From: a virus | Strand: one strand, 5' to 3' | Length of the DNA: 64,000 nt | IMG/VR virus record: IMGVR_UViG_3300036853_000417 | Location: 1 to 64,000 of that record | Shown: positions 18,783 through 28,569 of the stretch, one piece after another | Position numbering within the stretch: position 1 is the first letter of the stretch | Layout: each line of letters opens with the position of its first letter | Position numbers and translations under genes: made by a program | Notes under the pieces: model-generated | Told to the model about the DNA's origin: nothing | Database searches by the model: none | What the model saw: the letters and a program-made list of their open reading frames with translations, nothing else

Positions 18783-18990
18783 TATCTTTCTCCTCTATAA
18801 TACGAACTGTTCCCGTTTTCTTGAGTGCGGATAACAGGTCTCCTTGTTGGTTGTAACAATGGATATCATTATCCTCTCCAACGAACGCAACTTTGCCGTT
18901 CCCGAACACCACTCCTTCGTATGTCTGGACTACAGGTTTTCTAAATCCACACGGGAATCTGCTGTAACTAATGTGAATGTTTTTGGTCAT
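18739..18990 (-). CDS. Hypothetical protein
   Basis: Overlapping ORF; similar to 33162-33464 (EGVVFGNG vs QGVLFEDG). Confidence 0.6.
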   Translation of the reverse strand: MTKNIHISYSRFPCGFRKPVVQTYEGVVFGNGKVAFVGEDNDIHCYNQQGDLLSALKKTGTVRIIEEKDNDGSKHNNTRNLFN

Positions 18991-19744
18991 GCGGTACCCA
19001 ATCTTTTCCTCCGTATTTATAGCGCTTCCTGAGCACTACACGCACGCAATCAGCAATGGCATCTGGAATAGTAGTAGCCAGTGATCCAACTGATAAAAAA
19101 GCGCTATCCTCCAGGTCCCAACTGCTCTCCCCTTTCCCCGGAGCAGGAATGCCTTTCCCTGCAATATCGATAGTGGTTCCCCTGTGTTTTCTGGGAAAAG
19201 GACATCGTGGGCGTTTCCATGTGTAGTTTGAGAAGGTCACGGTAGCCTGGTATACGCCTTCTGGCATAGGGATAGATACGGGAACAGGGGGCTGATCGAT
19301 CTTGGAGAATTCGGCACGCCCCAGGAAAAAATCTGGAATATTAAAAGATCCGCGTCTCCATTTTGGCGTGGTCGATTTCCATATACTTTCATCGTGCCAG
19401 ATGCGCCACCATAGAGACCAGTGATGCGCACTAATGCTGGTCTCTCTTCCGTGATAGTTACGCGCAGTTCTCCATCTATTGAGTATTGGAAAATCTTCCA
19501 GGTTAAAATACAGCGCAAAGAGACCACAGCCAATACTCAAGCGCAATTGATCCTCCACACCTCCAATGGTTAGCTCAATGTGATAGCTTCTCGTTGGAAT
19601 ACACCACTCAATCCCAAATATTCCTTGTGGCCGGTAGTGCAACCAGACACGTCCATGTAGCCAGGATCGCGATGCATCTCCATGTTTTAAATTTTGCCAG
19701 TGCCACCAGAAACGTGGCTCATGTTGCGGTGTCGTTTTCTCCAT
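18968..19744 (-). CDS. Trp-rich hypothetical protein
   Basis: Long ORF in the minus-strand operon. Confidence 0.75.
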   Translation of the reverse strand: MEKTTPQHEPRFWWHWQNLKHGDASRSWLHGRVWLHYRPQGIFGIEWCIPTRSYHIELTIGGVEDQLRLSIGCGLFALYFNLEDFPILNRWRTARNYHGRETSISAHHWSLWWRIWHDESIWKSTTPKWRRGSFNIPDFFLGRAEFSKIDQPPVPVSIPMPEGVYQATVTFSNYTWKRPRCPFPRKHRGTTIDIAGKGIPAPGKGESSWDLEDSAFLSVGSLATTIPDAIADCVRVVLRKRYKYGGKDWVPHDQKHSH

Positions 19745-20264
19745 CTCCCCTCCATTTCAGCGACTGTCGCAAGGCTTCAACAATGGGTTCGTCTTCTCTG
19801 GTAAGAGACCCTACTCTTTCTAAATATGCAAGATGCTCATATGCCATCTGTGCAGCCTCCTCTATTTTTTGCTGTCTTGTTGGATGTTCATCGGGTGTGA
19901 CTTTATCTTGAAGATAGTGTCCTACTCGTATTTCAGCCTTATCGTATCCCTCTTTCCTTCTGTGACTGCATGCCCTGCAAGCTGGAATCACATTATGATA
20001 GGTGAGACCATGTACAGGAATAAATCGTTCAATAACATTTCCAAGAAACTCATCACAAAATGCACATTTTCCCTCAAAGTCTGACAATGTTGCCAACCAT
20101 TCAATCAGATTGAGCGAAGCTGGAAGATTCATTCGTTGTACCTGATATCTTGCACTTTCAACTCTGTCAAATTCTCTCAGTCTATCGGTATTCGCACATT
20201 CTTTACATAATCCATAGGTATGCCGAGCCTGAAAGATTGCTCCACAGATAATACAGGTACTCAT
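19719..20264 (-). CDS. HNH-like Zn-binding protein (degenerate)
   Basis: CIIC, CKEC, CAFC...NVIPACRAC; the catalytic DH is absent. Confidence 0.6.
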   Translation of the reverse strand: MSTCIICGAIFQARHTYGLCKECANTDRLREFDRVESARYQVQRMNLPASLNLIEWLATLSDFEGKCAFCDEFLGNVIERFIPVHGLTYHNVIPACRACSHRRKEGYDKAEIRVGHYLQDKVTPDEHPTRQQKIEEAAQMAYEHLAYLERVGSLTREDEPIVEALRQSLKWRGDGENDTAT

Positions 20265-20567
20265 GAATCTTTATTCTTCCTGTGCATTTCCTCCCACTCC
20301 TCCAAAGTCCAGTATTCCCCAGGATGACATCCATGCATTCCGATTGGTCCAAATGTTCCATTCGGTCTCTTACCATAAGCAGGAAAGGGTTTGTCGTAAG
20401 ACCTGAGCGGTACCTTGAGATTCAAGAGACGCTCGGTCTCACGAGCCACCATCTCGTTATAGCTCTGTTCTTTGAGTTGCATGGTTCTCTGTCCAGTACT
20501 GATTTGTTGTCTGTTTGCTAAATGTACACATCATATTTTAGTTAGACTATAATCTTCCTTAGATACA

Positions 20568-21176
20568 CTATTCTTGTGAATTATCCCTTTTTAAACCAAT
20601 ATATAAATCATCTAATTCAGCAATCTTTCGCATATCTTCTATTCCCCAATACACCATTCCTTCATATTTATCAGAAATTGGAAGCAAAATAGGATGACAG
20701 AATAATCCAGTAGGTGCAGGACGATGCTCAGTTGGTACGCACTGTTTATCTAATGCTTTCTCTGACTTCGGTTTAATGATATGAAAGACATAGTGAGGAA
20801 TACGTGTAAGTCGTTCAGATTTGAGATAAATTTCCCAGCACCATTGATCAATACCTGATTGGTATCTTTTATTTTTGCGATAGTAGGAGCATTCATCTTT
20901 TTCCTTAATATCTGCAAAAAAGTGAGGAGGAAGTCCTTTAGGGGTAAGTTGTCGATTTTGATAAGGCCAAAATGCCTCAATATCTTGTACTGGCAAATTT
21001 TGCTTACAAACTTCATGAGATAAATAGAATCTTGGGCCATGTTGTTGTAATTCATTGCTTCTACCACGATGTAGAATGACAAACTTCAGATCTTTAAGAA
21101 AGTTCGCTATTATTTCCTCCTGATTCCATGCGTGCTTTAACGTTTCTAGTTTTTTTTCGGGAGTTTCATTCCACAT
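20568..21176 (-). CDS. Hypothetical protein
   Basis: ORF overlapping the methyltransferase stop. Confidence 0.7.
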   Translation of the reverse strand: MWNETPEKKLETLKHAWNQEEIIANFLKDLKFVILHRGRSNELQQHGPRFYLSHEVCKQNLPVQDIEAFWPYQNRQLTPKGLPPHFFADIKEKDECSYYRKNKRYQSGIDQWCWEIYLKSERLTRIPHYVFHIIKPKSEKALDKQCVPTEHRPAPTGLFCHPILLPISDKYEGMVYWGIEDMRKIAELDDLYIGLKRDNSQE

Positions 21177-22770
21177 TTGCTAGTCTCCTCTGCATAGCCA
21201 TAAAGAAAGTGTTATCCTTCTCAATACCAATGAACCTTCTTCGCAATTCTTTGGCTGCTGCGCCACTAGATCCCACACCAGCAAAACCATCAAAGACCGT
21301 ATCACCTCGATTGCTGCTTACTTGTATCAGATGCTTTAGAACTGATACAGGCTTTTGTGTGGGATGAAGAGTATCTCCTTTAGCATCAACTATTCTTTCT
21401 TTTCCAGAACAGATTGGTGCATCAATATAATCATGCATTTCATTCTCACCCTGCCAGTTAAGTGTATGTCTTCCCTTACCTTTAGTGAAAAAGAGGATGT
21501 ACTCACAGCTACTGCGATAAGTTGCTTTTACAATTTGTGGGCCTGGATTGGTCTTGTGCCATGTGATCATGACATGTACGTGTAAGTTTGCTTTTTGCAA
21601 GACTTCTCGCAAGTAAGAAACATACCAATAGGAACAAAAGACATAACCCGATCCATGTGGACGAAGAATTCGCATCCACTCTTGTGCCCATAAATCAAAG
21701 AGTGCAATGAACTCTTTAGGGATGTATTTATCCCACGCCCCAAAGTCTTGTGAGCGGTTATTTCTACCATCAAGATCAAATTCCCGCTCATTAGCTATAT
21801 TGTATGGAGGATCGGTTACAATAAGGTCAATGCTTTCATTAGCGATCTTCTTGACTTCTTCATAGAAATCACCATGAATCAGAGAAATGCTATTCTTCTG
21901 TTCATACTCATCGCGTATCGAAGCAATCAGCTTTTGCAACTTGGGGTGTGTCTCTTGCTTCCAATCAGCATCATATGCCCCACTATATACCTCATCGATA
22001 AGTTGCGTTGTGTATGTATCTCCTAGTGATTCGATCTGTTCTAGTGCATATTTCTTCATCTGGTTACGTGCTTTGTAGTTTCCAGCTAGAACTTTGAATT
22101 TTCCTTTAGAAAAGTTAGAATTAGTAATCAGTTCTTGAACCAGCTCCAATTGTTGTGAGGGCGTGAGGTCAAGAATTGAGCGGAGTAAGTTTTCTGTAAA
22201 GGGGGCGGTCGCCCCCTCAAGGGGGGCGACACCATTTTCCTCACCAGGGGCGGCACTCTCAAAAGTCGCCCCTATCATACTCCAAGCCTCTTTCTCTATT
22301 TTTCTGAGAGCAGCGTAGTCCTTCACACTCTCCTTATTCCATCCAAGCATCTGTCCAACATCAGCTTGTGTATATTTCTTCTTCCCCTGTTCATCCTCTT
22401 CTTCCAACCTTGCCCAAATAAACTCAGCATAGGTAACTAGTGTTGATGGGACAACCGTCTCAGCAGCATTGTTGCACTGCATTGCCATCTGATAGAATTC
22501 AGCTTCTGTGAATCCAGATTTAACTACGCAAGGGACAGAGATTATATCTAGTCCTTTAGCCGCCTCATGGCGATGATTGCCATCTATGAGAAGATAACCA
22601 TCTTCATAAGGAGTCACTGTTAAGGGGTAATTCTCTAAAAAACCTGCCCAACGCATACTTTCCTGTAAACGGGCAATACCAGATGCGCTGAGTCTACGCA
22701 CTGATAATTTAGATATAATTTTATTTAGAGGAAGTATTACAAAATGAGGAGTTTCAACTTCAGTTGTCAT
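21166..22770 (-). CDS. ParB-like N-terminal domain fused to an N4/N6 DNA methyltransferase (beta class)
   Basis: LIDGNHRHEAAK (ParB-N); TDPPYN, HPTQKP, DGFAGVGS. Confidence 0.92.
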   Translation of the reverse strand: MTTEVETPHFVILPLNKIISKLSVRRLSASGIARLQESMRWAGFLENYPLTVTPYEDGYLLIDGNHRHEAAKGLDIISVPCVVKSGFTEAEFYQMAMQCNNAAETVVPSTLVTYAEFIWARLEEEDEQGKKKYTQADVGQMLGWNKESVKDYAALRKIEKEAWSMIGATFESAAPGEENGVAPLEGATAPFTENLLRSILDLTPSQQLELVQELITNSNFSKGKFKVLAGNYKARNQMKKYALEQIESLGDTYTTQLIDEVYSGAYDADWKQETHPKLQKLIASIRDEYEQKNSISLIHGDFYEEVKKIANESIDLIVTDPPYNIANEREFDLDGRNNRSQDFGAWDKYIPKEFIALFDLWAQEWMRILRPHGSGYVFCSYWYVSYLREVLQKANLHVHVMITWHKTNPGPQIVKATYRSSCEYILFFTKGKGRHTLNWQGENEMHDYIDAPICSGKERIVDAKGDTLHPTQKPVSVLKHLIQVSSNRGDTVFDGFAGVGSSGAAAKELRRRFIGIEKDNTFFMAMQRRLANVE

Positions 22771-23004
22771 ATCTCTCCCTATTCACTACTATGCTTACAC
22801 TGCCCTCTCACTGCATCAATGGCATATCGAAGAGCCTCAACAGTCTCACGGTTAGTTGGGAAATCATCCTGAAATGAGCGAGGAGTTAGCATTTCTACAA
22901 GCCATTGATAGCGCTTTATTATACGTATCACGTCTAACAGCACTCGTATAGAATGCTCAGCTTCGCTTAGTGGGCGTATATCTTTTGTTTTATCGCTCAT
23001 TTCT

Positions 23005-23481
23005 TTATTTCTCCTCAACAATATCAATATCACTTCTAACAAAATGTGTACTAAAACAACGGAAAATATCCTCTGTACAGAGTCCAAGTGTGTTCCCATA
23101 CCCTTCTGTGGCTGGCTTACTATCCCTCACCTCGCGCCAGTATTCTCCTGCCCGACCCTCTAATTGCTCAACCGCAGGACAGAGCATATTGCGTTCATAG
23201 TTTGGCTCCATGATTGAACCATAAAGCCACTCCTCAATGTCTTCTGCATTGCGGTATGAGAGGTAGAGTGCAGCCTGGTAAAAAAGCATCTTGTGGAGCA
23301 TTTTTTCATCTGCAATTAAGAATTGCCTCAGAAGTGCCAGATCAAATTGCTTTACTTCCTCATCGTTGCCCGACCTCGTAATGGGTGTGTCGGACACACA
23401 TATGTCAAGATACAACGTTACCCGCAAACGTCGCCTGAGTAGCTCATTATCTTGTTGTGCATCGTTTGCTATACCTATCAT
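23005..23481 (-). CDS. Hypothetical protein
   Basis: Likely start MIGIAND after AAGGAG. Confidence 0.6.
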   Translation of the reverse strand: MIGIANDAQQDNELLRRRLRVTLYLDICVSDTPITRSGNDEEVKQFDLALLRQFLIADEKMLHKMLFYQAALYLSYRNAEDIEEWLYGSIMEPNYERNMLCPAVEQLEGRAGEYWREVRDSKPATEGYGNTLGLCTEDIFRCFSTHFVRSDIDIVEEK

Positions 23482-23671
23482 AGTGTTGTCTCCTTGTCGT
23501 GATGAGTTTACGAGATATCTGGACGGCTTTTTCAGATACATTTGGGGTCTCTCTCTTATTATAGATCCTCTACCGAACACACAGGAAGGAGTTTCCTCAT
23601 TGTGTTGTACGGATAATCAGACATGCTGTATACTGGTATCAGACAGATGATTTAGAGAAAATAGGGGATGA

Positions 23672-24334
23672 ATGATTAACCTTGTTGCTAAGTCGATAGA
23701 TATCCTACAGGCTCATCCACGCAATTACCGTATCCATCCTGAGGATGAAATTGAGCATCTCATGGAGAGTATTCGTCTACATGGCATCTATCGCAATATT
23801 GTCATTGCACAGGATGGAAAGACGATTCTGGCTGGACACGGAGTTGTAGAAGCTGCTCGTAGACTTGGGATGACACAGGTCCCTGTGTTTCAGACAAACT
23901 ATCAACCTGATGATCCACATGCTTTAAAACTGCTGGTTGGTGATAATGAGATCCAGCACCTTGTTGAGGCTGATGATAGGGCACTCACGGAACTCTTACG
24001 TGAACTGAAAGAGATTGATGACCTACTTAGCACTGGTTATGATGAGATGATGCTTGCTAATCTCGTCATGGTCAGTCGGCCTGCATCTGAGATTACCGAT
24101 CTGGATGCAGCCTCACAATGGGTAGGACTACCTGAGCATGATAGAGAAGGAGAGCGCCGACTTCAAATTATCGTGAACTTTGCCAATGAGGAAGACCGCA
24201 AAGCATTCTGTCATCTGCTCGGCCTTGAGTCCAGCAAGATTGCAAATGAAGGAACAGGAAAGTCTATCTGGTGGCCGAAGCAAGATCGAGATGATGTGAA
24301 ATCCCTTCGCTTTACTGATGGGAGACAAGGATGA
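23672..24334 (+). CDS. ParB-like N-terminal domain protein
   Basis: HPRNYRIH...SIRLHG...ILAGHGVVEAARRLG...LVGDN. Confidence 0.88.
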   Translation: MINLVAKSIDILQAHPRNYRIHPEDEIEHLMESIRLHGIYRNIVIAQDGKTILAGHGVVEAARRLGMTQVPVFQTNYQPDDPHALKLLVGDNEIQHLVEADDRALTELLRELKEIDDLLSTGYDEMMLANLVMVSRPASEITDLDAASQWVGLPEHDREGERRLQIIVNFANEEDRKAFCHLLGLESSKIANEGTGKSIWWPKQDRDDVKSLRFTDGRQG

Positions 24335-25290
24335 CTCACCGAATACTCCCAAACTATCCTATCTATATTCCCAGCAAAGGTCGTGCTGATTGCTGCTATA
24401 CTGCCAAATGTCTTGATGCTGGTGAAGTTCCATTTCATCTCGTTATTGAACCACAAGAAGAAGCTCTCTATCGGGTGCAGTTCCCCAGTGCTCATTTTCT
24501 AATTCTCCCCTGGAATGGTGATGATCAGGTACGACGTGATTTCTGCCAGCAACGTCGTATTGAGAATGGGGGCCTCATTGCTGCACGCAACTGGATTAAA
24601 GAGCATGCCACAGCAACAGGCAGTGAAAGACATTGGCAGTTAGATGACAATATCACAGAGTTCTATCGGCGCTACAAGGGTAAGCGTATCCGATGTGAGT
24701 CGGGTCTTGCACTACGTGCCTGTGAAGACTTTACTGACCGTTATGAGAATGTTGCGATCTCAGGTCTCAATTATTATATGTTTGTTATGGATGATAAGCA
24801 GACATCTCCACTTGTTATTAATTGTCATGTGTATTCTTGCTCCCTGATCCTGAATGCACTTCCCTTCTGCTGGCGTTTGGCCTACAATGATGATACGGAT
24901 ATATGCCTGCAAGTCCTCTCAACAGGGATATGGTGTACGGTACTCATCAATGTCTTCATGTGTAGGAAGTTGCGCACAATGACTGTACAGGGTGGCAATA
25001 CTGCTGATCTCTATCAAGGTGATGGACGATTGCATATGGCGCGTTCACTTGAACGGGTATGGCCAGGCATCGTTGAAACAAAGCGTCGTTTTCATCGACC
25101 ACAACATGTCATAAAAGAGAACTGGAAATGCTTTGATACTCCGCTTCGATTGAAACCGGACATTGATCTAACACAACTTCCTCCAACCAATGAATATGGG
25201 ATGGATCTTTGTCAGATCAAAGATGTAATCAAAAGTCCCCGAATCCAAAGATTACATGATGCATGGCAACAGACACATAGATCTGAGTAA
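24331..25290 (+). CDS. TET-associated (GREB1-like/TAGT) DNA glycosyltransferase
   Basis: YPIYIPSKGRAD, VIEPQE, ARNWIKEHA, HWQLDDNI, YNDDTDICLQVL, GGNT. Confidence 0.85.
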   Translation: MTHRILPNYPIYIPSKGRADCCYTAKCLDAGEVPFHLVIEPQEEALYRVQFPSAHFLILPWNGDDQVRRDFCQQRRIENGGLIAARNWIKEHATATGSERHWQLDDNITEFYRRYKGKRIRCESGLALRACEDFTDRYENVAISGLNYYMFVMDDKQTSPLVINCHVYSCSLILNALPFCWRLAYNDDTDICLQVLSTGIWCTVLINVFMCRKLRTMTVQGGNTADLYQGDGRLHMARSLERVWPGIVETKRRFHRPQHVIKENWKCFDTPLRLKPDIDLTQLPPTNEYGMDLCQIKDVIKSPRIQRLHDAWQQTHRSE

Positions 25291-25450
25291 GGATTTCTTA
25301 TTATGAGGGGCAATTTTATCTTTAGTGATGCATGGTCTTTTTCACAAAAAGTGAGGTTTGCATGGCAAAAATGCCATTGTTGAAGTTGCCCCTTGAATAG
25401 TGCTGGTATGCTCTGTATACTTATAGTAGATTACTGGAAAAGAGGAAAAA

Positions 25451-26035
25451 GTGGACAGGGGAAATTCATCACTTTTCGTTCTTGGCGCTCCTGGGACTGG
25501 AAAATCAATCCTGTTACGTTCTTTTCTTCAATCCCTCGGATCTTTTGGAGAGTCTTATCAGTACAACCTGATTACCGGACAATGGTTTTCTGACTATTCA
25601 TTGTTGGTTTTGGGAGAATATGTATCTGAGGAATCCTTTCCCGGCACTGATCGCTGGTCAATGGAGGTACAACGGTGTGCAGCAGGATTTTGGCAGGACA
25701 TTGCTCAACAATCTTGTACAGTTCTTGGTGAGGGAAGTCGCATTGCAACACGTCCCTTTATTGATGCGGCACGTATCTCTACGCTGGTCTCTCTTGTTTT
25801 CTTACAGGTACACACTGATATTCTACAGGCACGCAGGGAATGGAGAGGAAAGCAAAATGCATCCTGGGTGAAAGGGATAGAGACACGCATAGAGAATCTT
25901 CAGCACTATTATCAAAATCAATTGCCCTGTTTTACCTGGAAGAATGAAACAGACCAGGACCTCACACGCAATCTGAATGCATTGCATACAATGTTATTTA
26001 GCTCGATGTCTGTACATATGGAGGACCTATCATGA
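25451..26035 (+). CDS. P-loop nucleotide kinase (5-hydroxymethyluracil DNA kinase-like)
   Basis: GAPGTGKS Walker A; LGEY...FPGTDRWSM, GEGSR, RG.QN..WVKG. Confidence 0.8.
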   Translation: MDRGNSSLFVLGAPGTGKSILLRSFLQSLGSFGESYQYNLITGQWFSDYSLLVLGEYVSEESFPGTDRWSMEVQRCAAGFWQDIAQQSCTVLGEGSRIATRPFIDAARISTLVSLVFLQVHTDILQARREWRGKQNASWVKGIETRIENLQHYYQNQLPCFTWKNETDQDLTRNLNALHTMLFSSMSVHMEDLS

Positions 26036-26838
26036 GTACTACAGTTGTTACCCATAAAACGATTCCGCTTTCACTCATTGATACGCACGCTCGTAATTAT
26101 CGCAAGCATCCTCCTGCACAATTAGAGAGGCTGCGTGCCTCGCTTATCCGATTCTCGCAGGTGCGTTCTATCGTCGTGCAGGCAAAAGAAGGTGGTCGCT
26201 ACAGGATACTGGCAGGGCATGGAGTTGCATCGGCTGCACTTGAATGTGGAATTCTCAAGCTGCATTGTAACGTTGTTCCTGACAACTGGGATGAGGGGAC
26301 CTGTAATGCATATCTTGTTGCTGATAATGAGGTTGAACGAGGGGTGGATCTTGATAATCAACTTTTAGCTGAATTGCTGAAAGAGCAGGTGGATGCTGGA
26401 TACTCGCTAGATGCATTAGGTATTCAAGAGAAAGAATTTACTGATCTTTTGCAAATACTCCAGGAATCTGATCGTGCTGTCCCGTCTTTTGCTGAACTTG
26501 AAGAAGAGGAGGAGGATGTACGACAGTCGATGACCCTTCCTCAAGGGAGAACTGCCGATATTGTGAACTCTAAGAATATCAATCAAAAAGGAGATGGTGT
26601 TGCATTCGGGAGAGATCCAAAGCAATGGTTGCAGCAGTATGAAACAACTATGCTACGACAGATAGTTCTCATCTATAAAAGCGATGAATATACACGTGTT
26701 TTAACCCAATTTATGGCTATTCGTCGCCAAAATAATCTGGAAACAAATGCCGATGTTGTAGGAGAACTTCTTTCATTTTATTTAAAGAGTCATCCAGAAC
26801 TTGAAGAGGAGGCAAAGCAATATGCCTCTTCAGTCTGA
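26032..26838 (+). CDS. ParB-like N-terminal domain protein
   Basis: HARNYRKHP...ILAGHGV...LVADNE. Confidence 0.85.
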   Translation: MSTTVVTHKTIPLSLIDTHARNYRKHPPAQLERLRASLIRFSQVRSIVVQAKEGGRYRILAGHGVASAALECGILKLHCNVVPDNWDEGTCNAYLVADNEVERGVDLDNQLLAELLKEQVDAGYSLDALGIQEKEFTDLLQILQESDRAVPSFAELEEEEEDVRQSMTLPQGRTADIVNSKNINQKGDGVAFGRDPKQWLQQYETTMLRQIVLIYKSDEYTRVLTQFMAIRRQNNLETNADVVGELLSFYLKSHPELEEEAKQYASSV

Positions 26839-27676
26839 GCCAAGAGTCATCACTCGACCAAGACGTGAGCTTGATCTCAAGTCATATCGTTTTCGGAGAG
26901 CAGAGATACGTGACTATACAGAATTGTTGACCTCTTCCACTATTTTGCGAGATGAAGCTAGTGGAAGAGTGCGTGTTGTTTATCTCGTATTATCTGATGA
27001 TTGTAATGAGATTGTCCAGTCACTGCGCTCTATTCAATTTGAAATAGATGAGCGTGCATCAGGAATGCTTTCTCAATCTCGGATATTTGGATATCGTCCA
27101 AGAATTACCATTCGAGATGATTTTTGTACGACTGCTGCTCTTGCTCGCGAGCATCCTTTTGCCTACAAACTTATTTCTTCCTATGCAGCAAAGGTTTCAG
27201 ATTACTACCATCAGTTCAATCCTGAGTTGTTTATAGAACATCAACGGATAGTAGGTCGTGTGCTTCCTGAATGGAGGCTGGAGGGATCGGTTTTTACCTC
27301 TGGAATTATTAATAAGAATAATCCTTTGCCTTATCACTTTGATCAAGGAAATTTTCAGGATGTTTGGAGTAATATGCTTGTTTTCAAGCACCAAATAGGA
27401 GAGGGGTATCTTTCTGTTCCTGAATATGACATTGGTTTTGAGGTAGCACATAATTCTCTTCTGATGTTTGATGGGCAAAACATTCTACACGGAGTAACAC
27501 CTATTTATTTAGAAGGACCTGAAGCTTTTCGTTATTCCATCGTTTACTATAGCTTAAAATCAATGTGGAATTGTCTGTCTCCCGATGAAGAGGTGAGGCG
27601 TATTCAACGTTTGCGTACCTCTCGTGAAGAAAAAAGATTTTTCAAATATCTTCCACCAAAGGAGATGCCAGAATGA
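26822..27676 (+). CDS. TET/JBP-family 2OG-Fe(II) DNA base dioxygenase
   Basis: FTSGIINKNNPLPYHFDQGN (HxD), LHGVTP (distal H), RYSIVYY (2OG Arg); ATG 26822 after GAGGAGG. Confidence 0.85.
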   Translation: MPLQSEPRVITRPRRELDLKSYRFRRAEIRDYTELLTSSTILRDEASGRVRVVYLVLSDDCNEIVQSLRSIQFEIDERASGMLSQSRIFGYRPRITIRDDFCTTAALAREHPFAYKLISSYAAKVSDYYHQFNPELFIEHQRIVGRVLPEWRLEGSVFTSGIINKNNPLPYHFDQGNFQDVWSNMLVFKHQIGEGYLSVPEYDIGFEVAHNSLLMFDGQNILHGVTPIYLEGPEAFRYSIVYYSLKSMWNCLSPDEEVRRIQRLRTSREEKRFFKYLPPKEMPE

Positions 27677-28569
27677 TCATGTCTGCAAAGGTATTTGAGG
27701 ATTTTGCATTCTTCTGTCAGCATCAACTTGTGAGTAAAGATGTTGATCCCGTCTATCCATTGTTGCGGTTGCTGGTATCTCCTCTCTTGGAGGAGCAGGC
27801 ACTCTGGCACACACTCCTCTATGTTGGATATTACTCTCTCCCTTCATCTCGTGCCGCTTTTGATCGTGTTCCCAGTGTTGATGCACTTCCCTTGTCCCTG
27901 TCACGTTTACCAACTGGGGTAGAGCGAAGAGGATTTCGTGGAGGAACCATTACCAGGCATGTTGATAGCTTGCTTTATTTGCACGAGACATTTGGAAGTT
28001 TGAAAGCATGGCTCTGTCAGGAATTTGGGAGAGACATACGACAGAACTGGATTCATTTACAAAATACCCTGCAGCAGGCATGGGGGAATGGACGGTGGGC
28101 TGCTTATAAGACCGGAGAAATTTTACAGAAAGTCCATGATTTTCCAGTGCAGCCAACAGATATGGGACATGAGTTTTCAACGGGTCCTCGTCATGGTCTT
28201 GCCCTTTTCTATGGGAATGCTTGGGGGAATGCTCCTGATGCTATTCAAACACTGAATGCTCAGGGAGAAAATCTCCTACAGTGTCTTGCAGAACAAGGGA
28301 TACACATGGGCATAGAGCAGTTAGAGACAATGCTCTGTGATTTTTATTCCCTGGTAGGGGGACGCTATTATGTTGGTCATGATATTGATATGCTACAGAC
28401 ACAATTACTTGCCTCCTCTCTTTCATCAGATATCCTTGAACCTATCTGGCAAGCAAGAAAAAGAGCATTACCACACGCATATCTGGGAGAAATACAAGGC
28501 TGGACAGGAATTGATAGGGAGCGGAAAAAAGTGTATCAAAGAACAGGAAGGGTGATTATTCGTGGCTAA
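27673..28569 (+). CDS. Amino acid:DNA transferase (aGPT-Pplase2-like, HhH-glycosylase fold)
   Basis: DVDPVY, LPTGVERRG, GRWAAYK, GPRHGL, ETMLCDF...YYVGHDID. Confidence 0.85.
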   Translation: MIMSAKVFEDFAFFCQHQLVSKDVDPVYPLLRLLVSPLLEEQALWHTLLYVGYYSLPSSRAAFDRVPSVDALPLSLSRLPTGVERRGFRGGTITRHVDSLLYLHETFGSLKAWLCQEFGRDIRQNWIHLQNTLQQAWGNGRWAAYKTGEILQKVHDFPVQPTDMGHEFSTGPRHGLALFYGNAWGNAPDAIQTLNAQGENLLQCLAEQGIHMGIEQLETMLCDFYSLVGGRYYVGHDIDMLQTQLLASSLSSDILEPIWQARKRALPHAYLGEIQGWTGIDRERKKVYQRTGRVIIRG

